The notes under the pieces: generated by a model | What the model was told of the DNA's origin: nothing | What the model saw: only the letters and a program-made list of their open reading frames with translations | The model's database searches: none | Translations under genes and position numbers: made by a program | Part shown: positions 51,101 to 62,400 of the stretch, in pieces | How the letters are laid out: the number at the start of each line of letters is the position of its first letter | Position numbering within the stretch: position 1 is the first letter of the stretch | Origin: Leucoraja erinacea | Lineage: Eukaryota | Assembly (NCBI RefSeq): GCF_028641065.1 | Contig: NC_073401.1 | Span: forward strand, 13,702,001 to 13,766,000 | Length of the DNA: 64,000 bases | Direction of reading: 5' to 3'

Positions 51101-52282
51101 ACATACGATATCCCAACACTGATCCCACGTGTTGAATGCAGTCGTAAACTAAATTATTTCAACTTCTTACCCATTTAGAGGTCTTCCCAGTTTTTGTGAA
51201 TGTCAATAAACAGATATTTACAAGCAGTCGCAAAGACTTGATAGTAATTAGCTGTCACAAGACCTGTCAGGGCGGTCCGTTTCCGTTACTTGAGGCCTAA
51301 CAGGGCTCGCAGACTGCTCCATCTTGCGGAACAGCCTCACCAACGAGATCGGCACAACGCTGAGAACCAAAGGTATCTTGGAATCCAACTCACTGAATCA
51401 AATGCAATTAACCAGAGTGTTTCAAAATGAAGTTTCGTAACGAATTCGCGTCCACGTTAAAGTAAATTGTATCCGTTTCATTTCAATTTATAAATGCGGA
51501 AGTCAGGCTCAGAACTACTGTAGTTTGCAGTATTATTACTGTGAAAAGGTTATGCTCAATTAAAATGTTGTGGCCAGGCGGGGTAACTACGAAATGCACA
51601 ATTTTAACATAGATGTAGGTGCAAGCTAAATGGTGGTAGGTGGATATTGGTTATCTACCCCATTAGAAACGATTGTAATAATTTGGGTGATAGATTATTT
51701 AATGACTAGGAAAGAGTACAAAAAAATGGTTATGTGAAATATTACATGTGATCTTTCTCGTGTAGTGAGCAAGCAGTTCACGACTTAACAGATGGACAGC
51801 GACCTGCGGGTTATCGGGTGATTTAAAGACAAAATGAGCCGATGTAATAATCAGAACTCGCTGAATTTAGTCATTCTAAGCCCGTCGCTACCGCGTAGGC
51901 CTTTGTCAAGAGACTTGACTCTCTCAAACCTAGTTGCTCCATGCCGTCGTTTTCATTCTTCCTTGTATACGCAACGAAATAGCTTTTCATTTACCTCGGT
52001 ACACGTGACAATAAACTCTATTTAAATATAATTGACCGAAAATAAATACACCAAGTGATAAAAAAAAGTGAACCGCTCACCCAAAACGTCGGCACTTCGG
52101 TGTTTGGCTATGAAGCACGCGTCGTCACCGTAGCACATTCCTTTCTTTAAAATCCCTTTCCTGAAGTCCTTCCCAAAGCCGCAGCTGGCTGTCACCAGAC
52201 TATAATCCCGAGAATCAGTCTGGGAAAGTCCCCCCAACACCGCCCTGGCCACCAGTCTTCCGTAGGAAAACACGGAGAACAT
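36053..52282 (-). CDS. PPTC7: Protein phosphatase PTC7 homolog (mitochondrial PP2C), whole spliced gene model (297 aa)
   Basis: Six exons total 894 nt. Motifs [46 protein letters not shown]; N-terminus [18 protein letters not shown]. Confidence 0.97.
36398..36527 (-). CDS. PPTC7: PPTC7 exon 5
   Basis: [43 protein letters not shown]; 130 nt. Confidence 0.95.
37060..37590 (-). mobile_element. CR1-type LINE RT fragment with internal deletion
   Basis: [24 protein letters not shown]...KKFANDTK...LQQDLDRL; EKCEVLHFG joined directly to the 3' tail. Confidence 0.85.
39629..39773 (-). mobile_element. Short Penelope terminal-repeat insertion with 15-bp TSD
   Basis: Flanked by GTATCAAATAGCCAC at 39614-39628 and 39774-39788; decayed hammerhead motif at 39682-39714. 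Confidence 0.8.
40727..40850 (-). CDS. PPTC7: PPTC7 exon 4
   Basis: [41 protein letters not shown]; 124 nt. Confidence 0.95.
41656..42320 (+). mobile_element. GC-rich non-autonomous retroposon inserted in an old LINE fragment (about 41090-42600)
   Basis: Starts near GGTGGCGCCGAATGATGGCTGCC, has internal GGAGCT repeats, ends AATAAAATTACGATTAC; flanked by GATTCA at 41650-41655 and 42321-42326. Confidence 0.6.
43100..43445 (-). mobile_element. CR1-type LINE 3' fragment
   Basis: GGCCATTCGGCTCATCAAGTCTACTCTGCCATTCAATCATGGCTGATC is the reverse complement of the CR1 tail. Confidence 0.75.
43799..43997 (-). CDS. PPTC7: PPTC7 exon 3
   Basis: [52 protein letters not shown]...; 199 nt. Confidence 0.95.
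45503..46355 (+). mobile_element. GC-rich non-autonomous retroposon-like repeat
   Basis: 5' GGTGGCGC..GGCTGCC..CTGTCT..TTTT head like 41661; tail ATTTCACT..GTGACCAATAAA(ATACCTTTG)n. Confidence 0.6.
47351..48954 (+). mobile_element. Tc1/mariner transposon (DD34E, IR/DR type), full length with inactivated transposase
   Basis: TA at both flanks; about 210-bp TIRs starting CAGTGCCCTCCATAATGTTTGGGAC with internal direct repeats; HTH and GRPRKT motif; QDNDPK...SPDLNSIE with 34-residue D-E spacing; stops and frameshifts. Confidence 0.93.
49141..49320 (-). CDS. PPTC7: PPTC7 exon 2
   Basis: [30 protein letters not shown]...NKVPLL; 180 nt. Confidence 0.96.
49430..50040 (+). mobile_element. Non-autonomous retroposon with Rex1-type 3' tail
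   Basis: Ends GACTGTCGGCAGACCAATTTCCCTCCGGAGATGTATAAAGTTTT(ATCGT)n, matching the 3' end of the LINE at 60950-61590. Confidence 0.65.
50045..51100 (-). mobile_element. Decayed CR1-type LINE, interrupted by a MITE and a Penelope repeat
   Basis: [15 protein letters not shown] and [17 protein letters not shown] remnants. Confidence 0.7.
50515..50825. mobile_element. Non-autonomous DNA transposon (MITE, possibly PIF/Harbinger-like)
   Basis: TIRs AGCCCTGTCCCACT / AGTGGGACAGGGCT plus inner inverted segments TTCAAGAGTTCTCCCGAGTTT / AAACTCGGGAGAGCTCTTGAA. Confidence 0.8.
52081..52282 (-). CDS. PPTC7: PPTC7 coding exon 1
   Basis: [57 protein letters not shown]...ADVL; donor GTGAGC. Confidence 0.96.
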
Positions 52283-53157
52283 GCCCGGGAGCTGATGCGG
52301 CGGCGACCTTCCCGCGCACCGTGACCTGCTCCGGGGACCTCGCCGGCTCGCCCGAACGCCCAGCCCACTTCTCGTCTTGCCCTCACAACGTCTCTCGTCA
52401 CTCAAAGTCTCCGATTGAGGTGGATTGGATGGTCGAGACGCGGCCTGACCACCGCCATCTTCCGCTTGAAGAGAAGACGTCCTGGGGGGGGGGGGGGAGG
52501 CGAGGCGGACGCTCGCTGAACCCACTGGATGGATGGATAGATGGATGGATGGACGCCCGACGATCCCGCTCCGCAGCTCGAGCCCGCCGCTCTCGTGACT
52601 CCCCACCGACGTCACAGGCAGGGACTTTGCGTCACCCGCCGCTCTGACGCATCAATCGCCTCCAGCCTGACCGCCGTCTCGCGCGCGTCAATCAAAGGCA
52701 ACCGCCGTCTCGCGCGCGTCAAGCAAAGGCAACCGCCGTCTCGCGCGCGTCAAGCAAAGGCAACCGCCCGCCGCGGCCGTTACTCTCCGTTTTACCCAAA
52801 GATCTTAGATCTTAGATCTAAGATCTTTGGTTTTACCCATCAGATTCAAAGCACGAATGCGCGGGAACTTCCTCGCCAATCGCTCCGGGATCGAAAATTC
52901 CCCGCCAACTGTGTGTGTGTGTTTTTTTTTTACGAGGGGTAATTCCCCGCGTATCGATATTATTTAAGTTAATTGCTTCATTGGATTCGTTTTTATTTGC
53001 AAAGGTGCTGTGGGAGTTGTGAGGTTTGTGGCAAATGACGGCTTTTTGTTTGCATGACTTTCGGTCATCCCACAGGAAACGGATGTTGGCGGTTGTTTAA
53101 TGGTTGCCCACGGCGATGGGTCGGTCGCCCGCTGTAGTGAAACGGTCGCCCGTGGCG
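52283..53157. promoter_or_regulatory. CpG island, bidirectional PPTC7/TCTN1 promoter and 5' UTRs
   Basis: Very CpG-dense; the divergent start codons are under 900 bp apart; YY1-like AAGATGGCGG (minus) near 52452-52461; CRE-like GACGTCA near 52608. Confidence 0.8.
52670..52768. repeat. 31-bp tandem repeat, about 3.2 copies
   Basis: Unit ACCGCCGTCTCGCGCGCGTCAAGCAAAGGCA starting at 52670, 52701, 52732 and partial at 52763. Confidence 0.92.
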
Positions 53158-53419
53158 ATGGGATGGTTGGTCTCCCTGTGGATGTTTTGGGGGCTTTTCC
53201 TGATCGATGCAGCGTTTAAAATGCAACCGAAAATAAATGCGGATCGAACAAGCACTCCGAGCCTCTTTGATCCCACCTCTGGCGACACCGCGCTCTCTCA
53301 GTTGCAAAATTCCACAAATATAACACATGTTTTGACCAAAATCACTAAAACAACTGCCCAAGAGACACCGAGGATGATTCTGCTCCGGGCAAACTCCCTG
53401 CCAGATCTTAAACTAGACG
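53158..53419 (+). CDS. TCTN1: TCTN1 coding exon 1 (alternative in-frame ATG at 53116)
   Basis: Hydrophobic signal peptide plus S/T-rich linker ending LPDLKLD G|GTAGGT; phase 1 matches exon 2. Confidence 0.75.
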
Positions 53420-56400
53420 GTAGGTTATTGATTTTGCTCAAGATGCCAGCATCTGTAGTATCTTGTGTCTCCAGATTTATGGCTTTATTTCATTTCATTG
53501 GCGTTCACATTTCATAAAGTCATACAGCGTCGAGACAGGCACTTGAGCCCAACTTGTCCATGTCGTCCAAGATGCCCCATTTGCCCGCGTTTGGCCCATA
53601 TCCTACTAAACCTTTCCTCTCCGGGTACCTGTCCAAATGTTTATTAAATGTTGTTTTGTACCTGCAGCCTTCATGACTCGACATTGAGTTCAACCATTGT
53701 AGATAATCAGCGTTTCTAGTCTTTGTTTTTCACCATGTCGAGAGTTCACCGTCACTGAATTCACTGACTGACCGAGGGAACTGATGATTCTCTGGTTTAG
53801 GTTTATTATTGTTATGTCTATTGAGGTACAGTGAAAATATTTATTTTTGCATGCTATCCAATCAGATCAGATAATATATGCAATCAAGTCAAACTCAACT
53901 ACCATAGGGCGAGCAAAGGGGAAGGTGTAGACTGTAGAATATAGTTCCCAGATTTGTAGGGTATCAGATCCATAAACAAATGGATGCAACCCAATCAGAT
54001 CGGATACGAATGTAATCAAGTCATTCTCAACTACAATAGGTAGATCAAAGGGGGATGTACAGAGTCCAGAATCTTGTTCCCAGCATTGTAAGGCATCAGA
54101 TCCATAAACAAATGTCCTCAATGGGGTAAAGGTGAATCGGACAGTACCCTGGCTTATATAAGTGTTCAGAAGCCTGATAATAGAACGGATGCTGTTCTTG
54201 AGTCTGGTGGTACTCTCCATGTATGGACCTTTTGTTATCCACCCTTTTATTATAATATTTAATTTGTTCAAATGTTGCCTGATCAGCTTACTTTTACTTT
54301 TTGATAAATTTCCATGAATTCTTTGACGATAGGAGAGGTGATATATAGGTATGTTTAGATTTCCAAAAGTACACTTGTACATATAATGTAGATTCTATAT
54401 TTAATTTCGTGAAATATTAAGTTCTATAATATGCATTTGCTGTGCAAGGACAATTGTTATATTGGTCATAGATGCAAGGATGGATGGATTCATGTAATTA
54501 TAAAAAAAATCATTGCATCAGCTATAACGTTTGCCTTGGTGTAAGAGGATTATTTGTTCAAGATTTGGTGCATTTGAGCATATAGTTAGGCTAATATTGT
54601 ATTGCATTCCCAAGAGTGTTCTGCGTTTTCTGTAGTGCTCATTTTTGGATGGGCTATTAAACCAGCACTCTGCCTATTTTCAGATAAACACAATTGATCG
54701 TAGAGAATTGCAGTATGGGTGTCCAGGCCAATGCTTATCCGTAATGCTACACTATAAGAACTAATTAACTAGTTGCTTAACTCATAAAGGTCATTGTTAA
54801 ATTAACACTGATATATTTTTGTTATTTCAGTTCACACTTTGTGTGTCTGCAATTTACTGGTTGAACAATGTGATATAAATTGTTGCTGTGATCCAGACTG
54901 TACAGCTTCTGATGTCTCTACCTTTACAACATGCGATGTTCATATTGTCACGTAAGTTAAACCGCAAAATAGACTAATTTATCTGTGGCCTAAACTTGAA
55001 TTTATTGAATGTCTACTTGTATCCAATAAATACGTCATAAGTCAGAAACAGGTGAGTTGATCATGGGGAACAAGGATATGGCGGACCAATTGAATAACTA
55101 CTTTGGTTCCGTCTTCACTAAGGAAGACATAAATAATCTGCGGGAAATAGCAGGGGACCGCGGGCCAAAGGAATTGGAGGAATTGAGTGAAATCCAGGTT
55201 AGCCGGGAAGTGGTGTTGGGTAAATTGAATGGATTAAAGGCCGATAAATCCCCAGGGCCAGATGGGCTGCATCCCAGAGTACTTAAGGAAGTAGCTCCAG
55301 AAATAGTGGATGCATTAGTAATAATCTTTCAAAACTCTTTAGATTCTGGAGTAGTTCCTGAGGATTGGCGGGTAGCAAACGTAACCCCACTTTTTAAGAA
55401 GGGAGGGAGAGAGAAAACGGGGAATTACAGACCAGTTAGTCTAACATTGGTAGTGGGGAAACTGCTAGAGTCAGTTATCAAAGATGGGATAGCAGCACAT
55501 TTGGAAAGTGGTGAAATCATTGGACAAAGTCAGCATGGATTTACGAAAGGTAAATCATGTCTGACGAATCTTATAGAATTTTTCGAGGATGTAACTAGTA
55601 GCGTGGATAGGGGAGAACCAGTGGATGTGGTGTATCTGGACTTCCAGAAGGCTTTCGACAAGGTCCCACATAAGGGATTAGTATACAAACTTAAAGCACA
55701 TGGCATTGGGGATTCAGTATTGATGTGGATAGAGAACTGGCTGGCAAACAGGAAGCAAAGAGTAGGAGTAAACGGGTCCTTTTAACAATGGCAGGCAGTG
55801 ACTAGTGGGGTACCGCAAGGCTCAGTGCTGGGACCCCAGCTATGTACAATATATATTAATGATCTGGATGAGGGAATTGAAGGCAATATCTCCAAGTTTG
55901 CAGATGACACTAAGCTGGGGGCAGTGTTAGCTGTGAGGAGGATGCTAGAAGACTGCAAGGTGACTTGGATAGGCTGGGTGAGTGGGCAAATGTTTGGCAG
56001 ATGCAGTATAATGTGGATAAATGTGAGGTTATCCATTTTGGTGGCAAAAACAGGAAAGCAGACTATTATCTCAATGGTGGCCGACTAGGAAAAGGGGAGA
56101 TGCAGCGAGACCTGGGTGTCATGGTACACCAGTCATTGAAAGTAGGCATGCAGGTGCAGCAGGCAGTGAAGAAAGCGAATGGTATGTTAGCTTTCATAGC
56201 AAAAGGATTTGAGTATAGGAGCAGGGAGGTTCTACTGCAGTTGTACAGGGTCTTGGTGAGACCACACCTGGAGTATTGCGTACAGTTTTGGTCTCCAAAT
56301 CTGAGGAAGGACATTATTGCCATAGAGGGAATGCAGAGAAGGTTCACCAGACTGATTCCTGGGATGTCAGGACTGTCTTATGAAGAAAGACTGGATAGAC

Positions 56401-59400
56401 TTGGTTTATACTCTCTAGAATTTAGGAGATTGAGAGGGGATCTTATAGAAACTTACAAAATTCTTTAGGGGTTGGACAGGCTAGATGCAGGAAGATTGCT
56501 CCCGATGTTGGGGAAGTCCAGGACAAGGGGTCACAGCTTAAGGATAAGGGGGAAATCCTTTAAAACCGAGATGAGAAGAACTTTTTTCACACAGAGAGTG
56601 GTGAATCTCTGGAACTCTCTGCCACAGAGGGTAGTTGAGGCCAGTCCATTGGCTATATTTAAGAGGGAGTTAGATGTGGCCCTTGTGGCTAAGGGGGTCA
56701 GAGGTTATGGAGAGAAGGCAGGTACGGGATACTGAGTTGGATGATCAGCCATGATCATATTGAATGGCGGTGCAGGCTCGAAGGGCCGAATGGCCTACTC
56801 CTGCACCTAATTTCTATGTTTCTATGTAATACAGCATATCTTGCCAACACAAAACGTAATTTCAATTATTTTAATGATTGTATAATTTCTAACAGGCTAT
56901 TTTGAAATCAGTAGCAATGAATTGACCAAAGATACTCATGGAGATGTCTGTGTGTGCCTTTGCCCCATTTTCTGACATCTAATGTTTTCTTGTTTCTCCA
57001 AGTATTTTGCTCTTCAGACTTTCTTTTGTTATTTTGTTTCCTTTTCCTCTTTGCATTTGTTTCTTAATACATTTTCTTTCTTTCGCTTTCCATGTCAATA
57101 TCATGCGTTAATTTATTATCCTTTTTGGAGTTTCCGAGAATTGATATGTCATTCAAAAGAAAACTGATCTTTTTTTCATATATCAGATGTGAAATTAAGT
57201 ATCTCAGTTTATTATCACCTGCAATACTCCTTCCCAGGTCCTTTGGCACTTTTTTGTGGCCATGAACAGGTTTGTTATGGACGATGAATTATTTTCTCCC
57301 TCATTGATGTAGTTTCAGCATTAAATGAGAAGTCCAAACTTAAAGGCAGGCGAAAGCAGGTTAATACTAATAATATATTTACGATCTGGTACAGATAAAG
57401 TGTTAGAATTAAAGAAGCACGTAGATTTTGAAAGCTTATAGGATTAGAGATGTGCGGCATAGAACTATTTGAAAATGACATATAAAAATTCAGACATTGT
57501 TGTAACAAGTTATCCATCATAGAGTTTGACAGCAAATACTCGGATCAATATAAATTATAGCCAGAATAGCCAGGAGTCTACTGATATAGTGGAAGGTATG
57601 GATTAGGATTAGGCTGAGTGACCTGAGGCTAGTCACAGATGAAGCAATGATTAGAACATGATTGTAATTTTAGACTAAGAGCATTCCACCAAGAACATTC
57701 TGTTCCTATCTTTGATTATCACACTGCTTATTTCAATAGACAATAGGTGCAGGAGAAGGCCATTCGGCCCTTCGAGCCAGCACCGCCATTCAATGTGATC
57801 ATGGCTGATCATCCTCAATTAGTACCCCGTTCCTGCCTTCTCCCCATATCCCCTGACTCCGCTATCTTTAAGAGCCCTATCTAGCTCTCTCTTGAAAGTA
57901 TCCAGAGAACCGGCCTCCACTGCCCTCTGAGGCAGAGAATTCCACAGACTCACAACTCTCACAACTCATCCTCATCTACGTTCTAAATGGCTTACCCCTT
58001 ATTCTTAAATTGTGGCCCCTGGTTCTGGACTCCCCCAACATCGGGAACATGTTTCCTACCTCTAGCGTGTCCAAATCCTTAATAATCTTATATGTTCCAA
58101 TAAGATCCCCTCTCATCCTTCTAAACTCCAGAGTATACAAGCCCAGCCGCTCCATTCTCTCAGCATATGACAGTCCCGCCATCCCGGGAATTAACTTTGT
58201 AAACGTAGGCTGCACACCCTCAATAGCACGCATGTCCTTCCTCAAATTAGGGGACCAAAACTGCACACAATACTCCAGGTGTGGTTTCACTTCGGCCCTG
58301 TACAACTGCAGAAGGACCTCTTTGCTCCTATACTCAACTCCTCTTGTTATGAAAGCCAACATGCCGTTCGCTTTCTTCACTGCCTGCTGTACCTGCATGC
58401 TTACTTTCATTGATTGTTGAACAAAGACCCCCAGATCCTGTTGTACTTCCCCTTTTCCCAACTTGACACTATTTAGATAATAATCTGCCTTCCTGTTTTT
58501 GCTACCAAAGTGGGAGCACATTTATCCACATTAAACTGCATCTGCCATGCATCTGCCCACTCACCCTACCTGTCCAAGTCACCCTGCATTCACACTGCCA
58601 CCCAGCTTTGTGTCATCTGCAAATTTGCTTATGTTACTTTGAATCCCTTCATCTAAATCATTGATATATATTGTAAATAGCTGTGGTCCCAGCACCGAGC
58701 CTTGCGGTAACTCTTTGAGGTTGAGCCAGGCTGCTTTTACCTTGCTCTGTTTGATTGTTTCAACCATCTCGTGCAAAACTATTATTATTATTTTATCTTG
58801 AAATGAGACCCAGATGACCCATCACCTTTTTTGTTTTCTGATTGACTCCTTCTTGTGTTCATATCTCTTGCCTTTCCTGGACTTCAGAAAAAATCTTTAG
58901 TACTTTATCCTGTGCATTGTCCTGTGCATTGTCATAGTCTGTCATACATAAACAAGTAGGAGAGCAGAATTGCTGCCACCAGTGCATCATGAGCTTTGCA
59001 CCAGGTTTTGAGATCAATGCAGAATGATGTGATGATCATGTCAAAATTAATTGTCCCTATACTAGGGAGGTTCCATCTAGCAATGTACAGATACATTGGG
59101 GGGAGGGAGGGGGGGGAGGGGGGACTAAAGGGAAGAATGATTCATTATGAATGTTGAAAAGACTGCAATAAATTCTGGTGAAAGTTTCTTTTGGAAGCTT
59201 TGTATTCTATTGATCAGGCAACAGTGTTTTTTTCATTTCAAGTTTTTGCAGTACTTGGTAACCTGTCATTATCAAACTACATCCGCATTTTTAATTCCCA
59301 TTTATTCCATAAGGGTTAAAACAAATATAAACATCATTTGATAATTACTTATATCAACCTTTCATGATTTCCATGCAGAGGAGACAGAGAACTTTGCAAG

Positions 59401-62400
59401 CATGAGGCAGCAATATACTTACCAGTTGCAAGCAAAGTTGTGACCTTGACCAACCCCAGCATCTTTTGTATTAAGACAAACAACTGTGAGTGTATTTTTT
59501 GTCAGCATTTAATCTGTTTTCATAATTGTTTTGTTAAAATGTAATGAATTATAACACTTACATTTAAAATATGATTATTAATAGTTCCATATAAATGAAT
59601 GATCTTTGTATTTTTATGGCAATAAAACAAGGTATATAATAAACTAAAAATCTCAACCAATATCTGATTAGTCCATGCTTCATTTATTAAATATATATTC
59701 TAATTAGATCTGCAAAGTAAAACTAAATCAGAATTGTAGATGTATTTCCCAAAGTTAATGAAAGCCTAAATAATTGTAATGGCATAAGATAAACCTTTTG
59801 TAAGGTTTATATTATGCACAACACAGAAAAAAATAAGCATCACATCTGACCAATGGTTGCATTTATATAAACATACATTTTTATAGATGTTATGTTTATA
59901 ACCTTTGCTCCCTTCTGAATAATAATTCATGTTGATAATTTGTAAATTTGTTTCCAAATGTTTGTTCTCACCCAACATTTTTCTGTTTGTTTGTCTGCAA
60001 TTTACTCCTCAGACAAGAAAGGATCATCTTTTTTTACCCCTGAATTGCCAAGTACTGATAATTTTGATCGTTTGGTGAAACAGTTTGGTGGTTTTTCCTT
60101 TGGTACTAATGAAGCACCTCCAAGTACATCTAGTTCAACTTCAAATGGCTATCAGGTAGTTTTGCAAATTAATATATTTTACTATGCCTGAAATTGTATT
60201 TTTATTCTGGTCTCTACTTAGATTAGACGAGTTTATTATTCATATACGCCAGGTTGCAATGAAATTCCTTGTTCACATGAAGAAGCTCACACAGTAAACA
60301 ATATACATACAATAATGATAAACACAACAATAAATATGACCAGTGAAAAACAGCAGAATGATGCAACATTGTAGTGCAAGTAAAATAACGGAGTAACCGA
60401 ATGAGGCAAAGTTTAGAATAAGAATGGCAATGTCTCCATGAAGGGGATGTGAAAGAAGTGATTGGTTCAGGAGTGTGATGGTAGTGGGGAAGACGCTGTT
60501 CGTAAGTCTGGATGTTTGTCTGGAAGCTCCTGAAATTCCTCCCAGAAGGTAGAAGTAAAAAAAGGAATGGCCTGGGTGACAGGAATCCTTGATACCTTCA
60601 GCCTTCCTGATGCAACGCACCAAAATTGTAGTTTGACTCCTTAATCCAAACTTCATTCATTTTGTTTCAAATAATTTCCTTGAAATTGCTCATATGGTTT
60701 TATTTTTGGCGCTAAGTACAACATTCTGGATCCCGTGTATTCTTTATTTGGATCACTTTATTAACATAAAATAATCTCAGAGCTATTGAGTTATTTGGTA
60801 AGTGGCCAGAAATGGAGATTAATATACATAAATGTAACTCATTTGTTAAACTTAGGGAGATTATGATTTAATTGGTATGTTGGAAACAAAGTCAATTTGT
60901 TCAATTTTCTGTTAGAGATGTTTTGTACAAGCTTCTTTTTTTTTCTTAACGATATGATACAATAGAACTTTATTTATCCCAGGAGGGAAATTGTTCTGCC
61001 AACAGTCATAAAAACACAAAATACATGAAACATGAAACTAAAGTGATGAGTGGAAAGGATTGGGGGGATGTGCAAAGATTGGGGCGGAGGGGAGGGAGCG
61101 AGGGAGCAGAGTCAGTCTCGGTCTACCCATGACAGAAGGGGGATGAGTTGTACAAATTGATAGCCACAGGTAAGAAGGATCTCCTGTGACGTTCTGTCCT
61201 GCATCTTAGAACCAATCTGTTGCTGAAAGTACTCCTTAGGTTGACCAGTGAGTCATGGAGGGGGTGAGCTTAGGATGTTTAGGATATTGTTTAGGATGCT
61301 CCGCAGTTTGAGGAGCATCCTCCCCTCCAAAACCACCTCCCAGTAATCCAACTCCACCCCCGGGACGGAGCCAGCCTTCCTGATGAGTTTGTTGATCCTA
61401 TTGTCGTCTGCAACCTACGCCCTACTGTCCAACACACAACAGCGAAGAAGATGGCACTGACTACCACTGATTGGTAGAACATCTGCAGCATCTCACTGCA
61501 GACGTTGAAGGAACGGAGCCTTCTCAAAAAGTACAGCTGGCTCTGTCCTTCTTGTACAGGGCCTCAGCGTTCCTGTACCAGTCCAGTTCAATGAAATAGC
61601 ATTTTTCAAATAAATACAATAACCTATAAAACAGATGAACTATTATTATTATCCCAGAATTAAATTTTGGAACAGAATATCAGCTATCATAGATACTAAC
61701 TATATCGAAGCATAGAGGTATTAAAAAATATTTTTCGTTTGTGAAGCCATTATGCATTACTGTTTCATTTGGCTGGTAGAAGTTCTTTGGCTTGCAGATG
61801 TTGGGTATATGGTAAGGTGGTCTTTCATATGCTTCAGTGAATTATTCAATTATAACCTCATTTTGGCCTCCAATCTTGCACAAGAGCATATCTGAACATT
61901 GCAGCTCAATGACTGGAGATGTTGTGACCTTAGGTATTGAAGGAATAAGACAAAGTTCTCCAACTCTACTAGAAATACTCAGCAAGCCTGACAGCATCTG
62001 TGGAACGAGATAAAGGGTTTACATTTCAGTTTGAAAACTGTCAGACAATTCTGATGAAGTGTCATTAAGCTGAAATGTATTTCCCTTCGCACAGATGCTG
62101 CCTGACCTGCCGAGTTCCTTATTCGTTTGTCTTGTTGACAAGCGTAGGTCCCCTTATACCTCAGCACTATAGTATCTTTTCATATGTTACATGTTTCCTT
62201 AACTTGTTTACATTCTCTAAATACATAAGATAACACTTTCCAGGCTGAATTTCATTTACCTCAATTCTCCCATTGATGAACTGAAATATCAGTTCCGTTG
62301 ATATTTATCAGAAGCCCACAGGTTTCGACCCTGTTGTTAACTGCCTGAGCAGTTTTCGTATCAGTTTCAAATTTACTTTAAAAAAAACAAAAAAAGAATC

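Noticed and set aside
51367-51381. CCAAAGGTATCTTGG as a third micro-palindrome
   Set aside because: Imperfect arms and no flanking 8-bp duplication.
52283-52615. In-frame N-terminal extension of PPTC7 (197-aa ORF)
   Set aside because: It starts at a non-ATG codon in a CpG island; the conserved protein begins at MFSV (52282) with the mitochondrial presequence.
52670-52768. 31-bp repeats as a possible CRISPR array
   Set aside because: Repeats are contiguous with no spacers, there are no cas genes, and the context is eukaryotic.
55057-56735. RT ORFs as a domesticated or active gene
   Set aside because: 5'-truncated with no endonuclease domain, two stops and a frameshift, and a standard CR1 tail.
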